Source of the DNA: Macrostomum lignano
Taxonomy: Eukaryota
Assembly: GCA_002269645.1 (NCBI GenBank)
Contig: NIVC01000247.1
Coordinates: 558,001-622,000, forward strand
Length of the DNA stretch: 64,000 nt
Reading direction: 5' to 3'
Shown here: positions 59,995-64,000 of the stretch, one piece after another
Layout: every line of letters starts with the position of its first letter
How positions within the stretch are numbered: position 1 is the stretch's first letter
Translations under genes and position numbers: made by a program
Notes under the pieces: model-generated
The model's input: only the letters and a program-made list of their open reading frames with translations
Told to the model about the DNA's origin: nothing
The model's database searches: none

Positions 59995-62900
59995 CTAAAC
60001 CCAACCTCCTAAACCTAATCTCCAATGCCCGAACGGTAGACTGTTGATATTGTCATCAAAAATGAATCTCTTGTTATCTGCACCTGACAGTCCAATCTTC
60101 TTTTGCTGAATTGTGTGAATAATATGGTTTTTAGATTGTAGCTTTGAGAACTCATGTGATGTCTTTTTGTTGCAATTCAAGGCGTCTCTGTATTCAGCTT
60201 CATTAAGTTCCTTCCTAACCACACGTTTCGGAATTCCCTTTGATTTTTTAATTGGGTCTGACGACTCACATTTTATAAAATAGGACTTTGCTCTCAACCC
60301 AATGAATTCAGTGATTATGTCACCAACAATCTCGTCCTTCATTTTCCCAATCACTTTCTTGTTAGTGGCGTCAAACATTTGATCGCCATTCTGTGTCCTA
60401 CAAAATTCATCATACTCAGACAAGTCAAACAAATCTTTTTGCTGCAGCATGTCCTGATAAATGTCCTCTGTTTGAATGTCCATAATAAAACTGTCTGTGT
60501 CAGTGTACAAGAGTTTCATTTTATCCTTGTACTGCTGCTTCATGCCATAGAAGAACTGGTACATCAGACGTTTTGATTCGTCGAGAACAGTGACACCTGT
60601 ATAGATCGGCTTGCGCAGCGTCACCTTGGTTTTGTAAAATATGATCACACCTAAGTAGCTATTGAAGATATGGAGTTCTTTGAACGTTGGCTTTGACATA
60701 TTTGCCTGAATAACAGCAGGCTCTGATGAGGTAACAAGTTTCAGGTTTGTTCTTTTCCGCTCATTCTCAAGAGTCTTGCCATAGACAGAGTTGTTGGCCA
60801 ACTTAAAGAGGTTCTTGTCAAAGTCGTTGGTTGCTTTGGTCCTAAACTGGGTGTTCTTATCAATGTAGGGTTTCATCCACGCTTCCTCTGTAAATGTAAG
60901 AGCCCGGTGAACTTTGGTGACCCTGCAACCCAGTGAGATAAAATATTGAAGCAGTTTGTAATGGATTTTGTAACGTGTCTTGTTGTTTAGATTCTGTGTT
61001 AGTTTCTCTGTATGTTCTTTTTCTGTTCCTGACAGGTGCCAAGTTCCATTATTATCATTGGGAGTTTCGATTATTTTCGGGCACTTGATGTTCCCTGGGA
61101 AGGGTGGAAAGTCAGAGAAATAGTCGTGAAGCTCTGGTGGAATGTAAACATCAACCTCATAAATGGCAGCCAATGAAAAGTCCTGTTTGAATTCTGATGA
61201 GGGTAGCCATCGAAAATCTCTAACTGGAAGATCTTGACTCATCGCCCACCCGTAGAGATTATTAGCGTCCAAGTAAGTAATGTAGTTTGAGGGCTGCTCC
61301 TTATTGTAAGATCCAATGTAGGGGTTGTTTGCTTTTGCATACCTGTTAACACAAATTGAGATTCCCCCTCGCTTTGACGATTCGACAAAATTGTACATGT
61401 CAATGTCTGTAAGAAGTTCAATGTACCAATCTGGATCTTGATCCCATTTCATTTTAAGCAAAGATTCCCAGCTAGTGGCAGGCAGAGACACATAATGTGC
61501 TGGATCGAGGCCGTATGCTGTGTACCAGGTGTATCTAAAGGTTTCAAACACATCGGCCAGCAGAAACACATCTGTGAAGAGGTAAAGCAGGTGATACTGG
61601 AAGAAGTTTTGACAATTAAAGTAATTATAGACATGCTTCGCGTGCTCATAGTCTTTGTCAGAGATTCCAGAGTCTGTTAGTTTTGAAAAGAACTTCTCCT
61701 GTGGTGGTAAACCATCTTCAAATACGTGATACCCAGTAATATTTTCATAGGGGTAGAAGCCTTTCTTTCTTAAAAGTTTAAATGATTCATCACTGTTGTT
61801 AATTTTACTTGCAAACATCTTTGTATATGTACATTGTTCATCTTTTAGATTCTTGCTTAGTTCGTCTAGACTGGCAGCTAGAAATTGATATGAATCCTTC
61901 AGTCTTATTTTACCTTTACCTAAATTATCCTGTTTAATATCAACACACTTAAACTTCTCCTTGTTCTCTGCGATGCAATCAAGGTGTATGTCTGGAATCA
62001 TGCCGATTTTTTCAACTATTAAATGCATGTCATAGTTCTTTGCGTTGTGACAAAATATCGTTAGATCATGAATGTTCGATTTTAGCTTTAGATTACAGGT
62101 GTTATGCGCTGCACCTCTAAATTTCCCAGTAAAGTGGCAGTGGTCCCTAACGGTGGGGTTTTTAATATTAGTGCAAGTTAAATGTTTCCTGCAGATGTGG
62201 CAATGAGTTGCTGATAGGAAATTGCTTTCATCCTCCTCAGACATCATTATTGGAACAGGTTGAAGGGTGCTAATCACTTTTTGCAACTCTAACATTCTGG
62301 CAATAAACTGCTCCACACACTGCTCTCCAAAGAAATAATTATACTCAACAAGTCCTTTTGTATTAATAAAGGCATATGCTACTGAATTGGGGACATGTTT
62401 TTGAGTTTGAGTTTGTTTTTGAGTTTCCGGCACGATTGAGCATTCGAAATCAGCATATACAACAAATGGGAGCTTCTCCATCTTGTGATAGTTCTTAAAT
62501 CGGAGATACTTCTCTTCAGCTGAAGGAAGAGAGCAGTTTGTTGGGTGATCCTCGCATGATAATTCATGCTCTGCTAGTTTTTCAAAGCGTTCAGGTCCAC
62601 TGTAATGCTTAAGGCACAAGCGGCAGATGGCAACAGCCTCGTGATGATTATTCAACTGCTTGTGAATGAGTCTTGAAAGATCTTTAATCCAAACATAGTG
62701 AGCCTCCTCTAGTAAATTACCAATCACTAGAAGATCCACTTCAGTCCGCCTTTTCCCCTCAGGATCTAAAACGTCTTTGCTACATCTGACCGGTTGAACT
62801 TTCTCAGTTTTTTTCACTCCACTCAAAGACTGTGATTCTATTTTGTTATTAAACACTTCTTCTAGCTTTGGGATCTGAGAGATCGCCAAGCCTCCTTTGT

Positions 62901-63853
62901 CAAACCTGATTCCCTTCTTTTCGCATTCAATGAGATAGTAGTTGAAATAATTTTGATAATTTGAGGTTCTTTCGGGGTGGTGAGGGACACAAAAAGTGCA
63001 GAAAGAACTGCCCATAGGCACAGCAATTGTCTTTATTTTAACATTTATGCAAGCTTTTTTGCCGGCTAGCTTGTGGGAGCTCTATATAAGAGGAGGCTTT
63101 AAGTGGGTCATATTTCATGACCATGACAGTCGCTCTTTGAATCCCTCCCACGACCCATCCGGAACCTCTGGATGTAAACGCTTCAATTTTCTTAGTGACA
63201 TCTTGAAGGAATGGATCCAGTGTGTCTGTAGGGGTGAATGGCTTTGCCTTTGTTGTCATGTAATACTCGAGATGCTCAGTGGGTTTCGCAGGCATATAAA
63301 ACGCAATCTTGAATGATATCTGTAGTTTAAAAGTCTTGCGTGTTTTGAGTGTGTGATCAACAACTGATTGGATGCTGTGTTTATAGTCGTAGATATTTGC
63401 GGTGGTACCGTTGGTGCCGTTAATTGGGATTGTGTACTCTATGTAATGTTCTGTAAACTTTAATGTGCAAAATTAATCTCTTCAGTGGCAAGCTCCGACT
63501 CTTTTAAATGGATTAATTGCTCTAATTTCTCTTGTTCCTGCTTATTTTGTGGGTACTTTGCTTTTTCACCAGTGAGAGTTTCGTATTTGTTAACTAAGTT
63601 GCGACTCCTCTCTTGGTGTTCCTTTGCAGAATTTTTTATAGGCGCATACTGGTTTGATTCTAATTGATTGATGATTTCCAACTGTTTTTCATAGCTTCCC
63701 AGGTGACCAGGGTCGGTGTTAAACTTTTGTTTACATGCTTCTCTTAGTGAATTACTTTTGTCTTGAAATGAGACGCCTTTTAAGGTGTAGGGTAGGTAAA
63801 TGAGACGAAAAATATTTGTTGACTAAATCTCTTGCTGGATTGGCTTTTGGCAT
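59995..63853 (-). CDS. polB: Protein-primed family B DNA polymerase with endonuclease-VII-like insert; N-terminal region (63022-63853) broken by several frameshifts
   Basis: Exo motifs VVYADFE and HNAKNYD; RDHCHFTGKFRGAAHNTCN; Pol motifs YLDANNLYG, KLANNSVYGK and YTDTDS. Upstream fragments RGSGW and SSYIELP / ACINVKNKDNCC lie in other frames; probable ATG at 63853. Confidence 0.93.
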
Positions 63854-64000
63854 TTTTTTCTCTAAAATATAAAAAAAAATTTGAGGGTTACCACCCTGAT
63901 AGAAAAGTTGAACTGTTTCTACATCCTATAAGTAGCGCTAGGTTTATGAAGCTGGATAAAGTGGGGTTTTAAACCTCATCACATACGCATTATTGTAAAC

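Larger units (their letters stand above)
50922..64000. mobile_element. Endogenous Polinton/Maverick-like (adintovirus-type) dsDNA virus, continuing beyond the window; left end tentative
   Basis: Compact, intronless, AT-rich gene cluster with pPolB, A32-like ATPase, adenain-like protease, and major and minor capsid proteins. Repeat-rich left terminal region begins with AGTAGT at 50922. No integrase or right TIR in the window. Confidence 0.88.

Noticed and set aside
59955-60020. Telomere-like (CCTAAA/CCCAA) repeats at the PolB 3' end
   Set aside because: Short, irregular low-complexity duplication, not a regular telomeric array.
61194-61230. Hammerhead-like CTGATGA...GAAA motif
   Set aside because: Stem II is weak, there are no flanking stems, and it lies antisense within PolB coding sequence.

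Overview
Eukaryotic (animal) genomic DNA, rich in minisatellites and transposons. The gene style and repeat content suggest an invertebrate, possibly a flatworm such as Macrostomum; this is an inference, not verified. Left to right: (1) the last exon of MYG1 and a small secreted PAN-like ORF; (2) a full-length 5.8-kb LOA/R1-group non-LTR retrotransposon (APE-RT-RNase H-CCHC) with a 13-bp target-site duplication; (3) two tandemly duplicated three-exon class-A GPCR genes (347 aa each); (4) a CORE-type SINE, a second LINE fragment, a Gypsy gag/protease relic and an hnRNP A/B exon relic; (5) many minisatellites; (6) a spliced gene (35316-48398) joining a myristoylation-type N-terminus, about 100 near-identical 33-aa ankyrin repeats with a variable two-residue site, and a Mab-21/cGAS-like nucleotidyltransferase with intact catalytic motifs; (7) an endogenous Polinton/Maverick-like (adintovirus-type) dsDNA virus from about 51 kb that runs off the right edge (penton, major capsid, core-like protein, packaging ATPase, protease, protein-primed PolB). 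Many 1-2 bp frameshifts fall in homopolymers or repeat-variable sites. They may be long-read consensus errors rather than real lesions, and this cannot be settled from the sequence alone.
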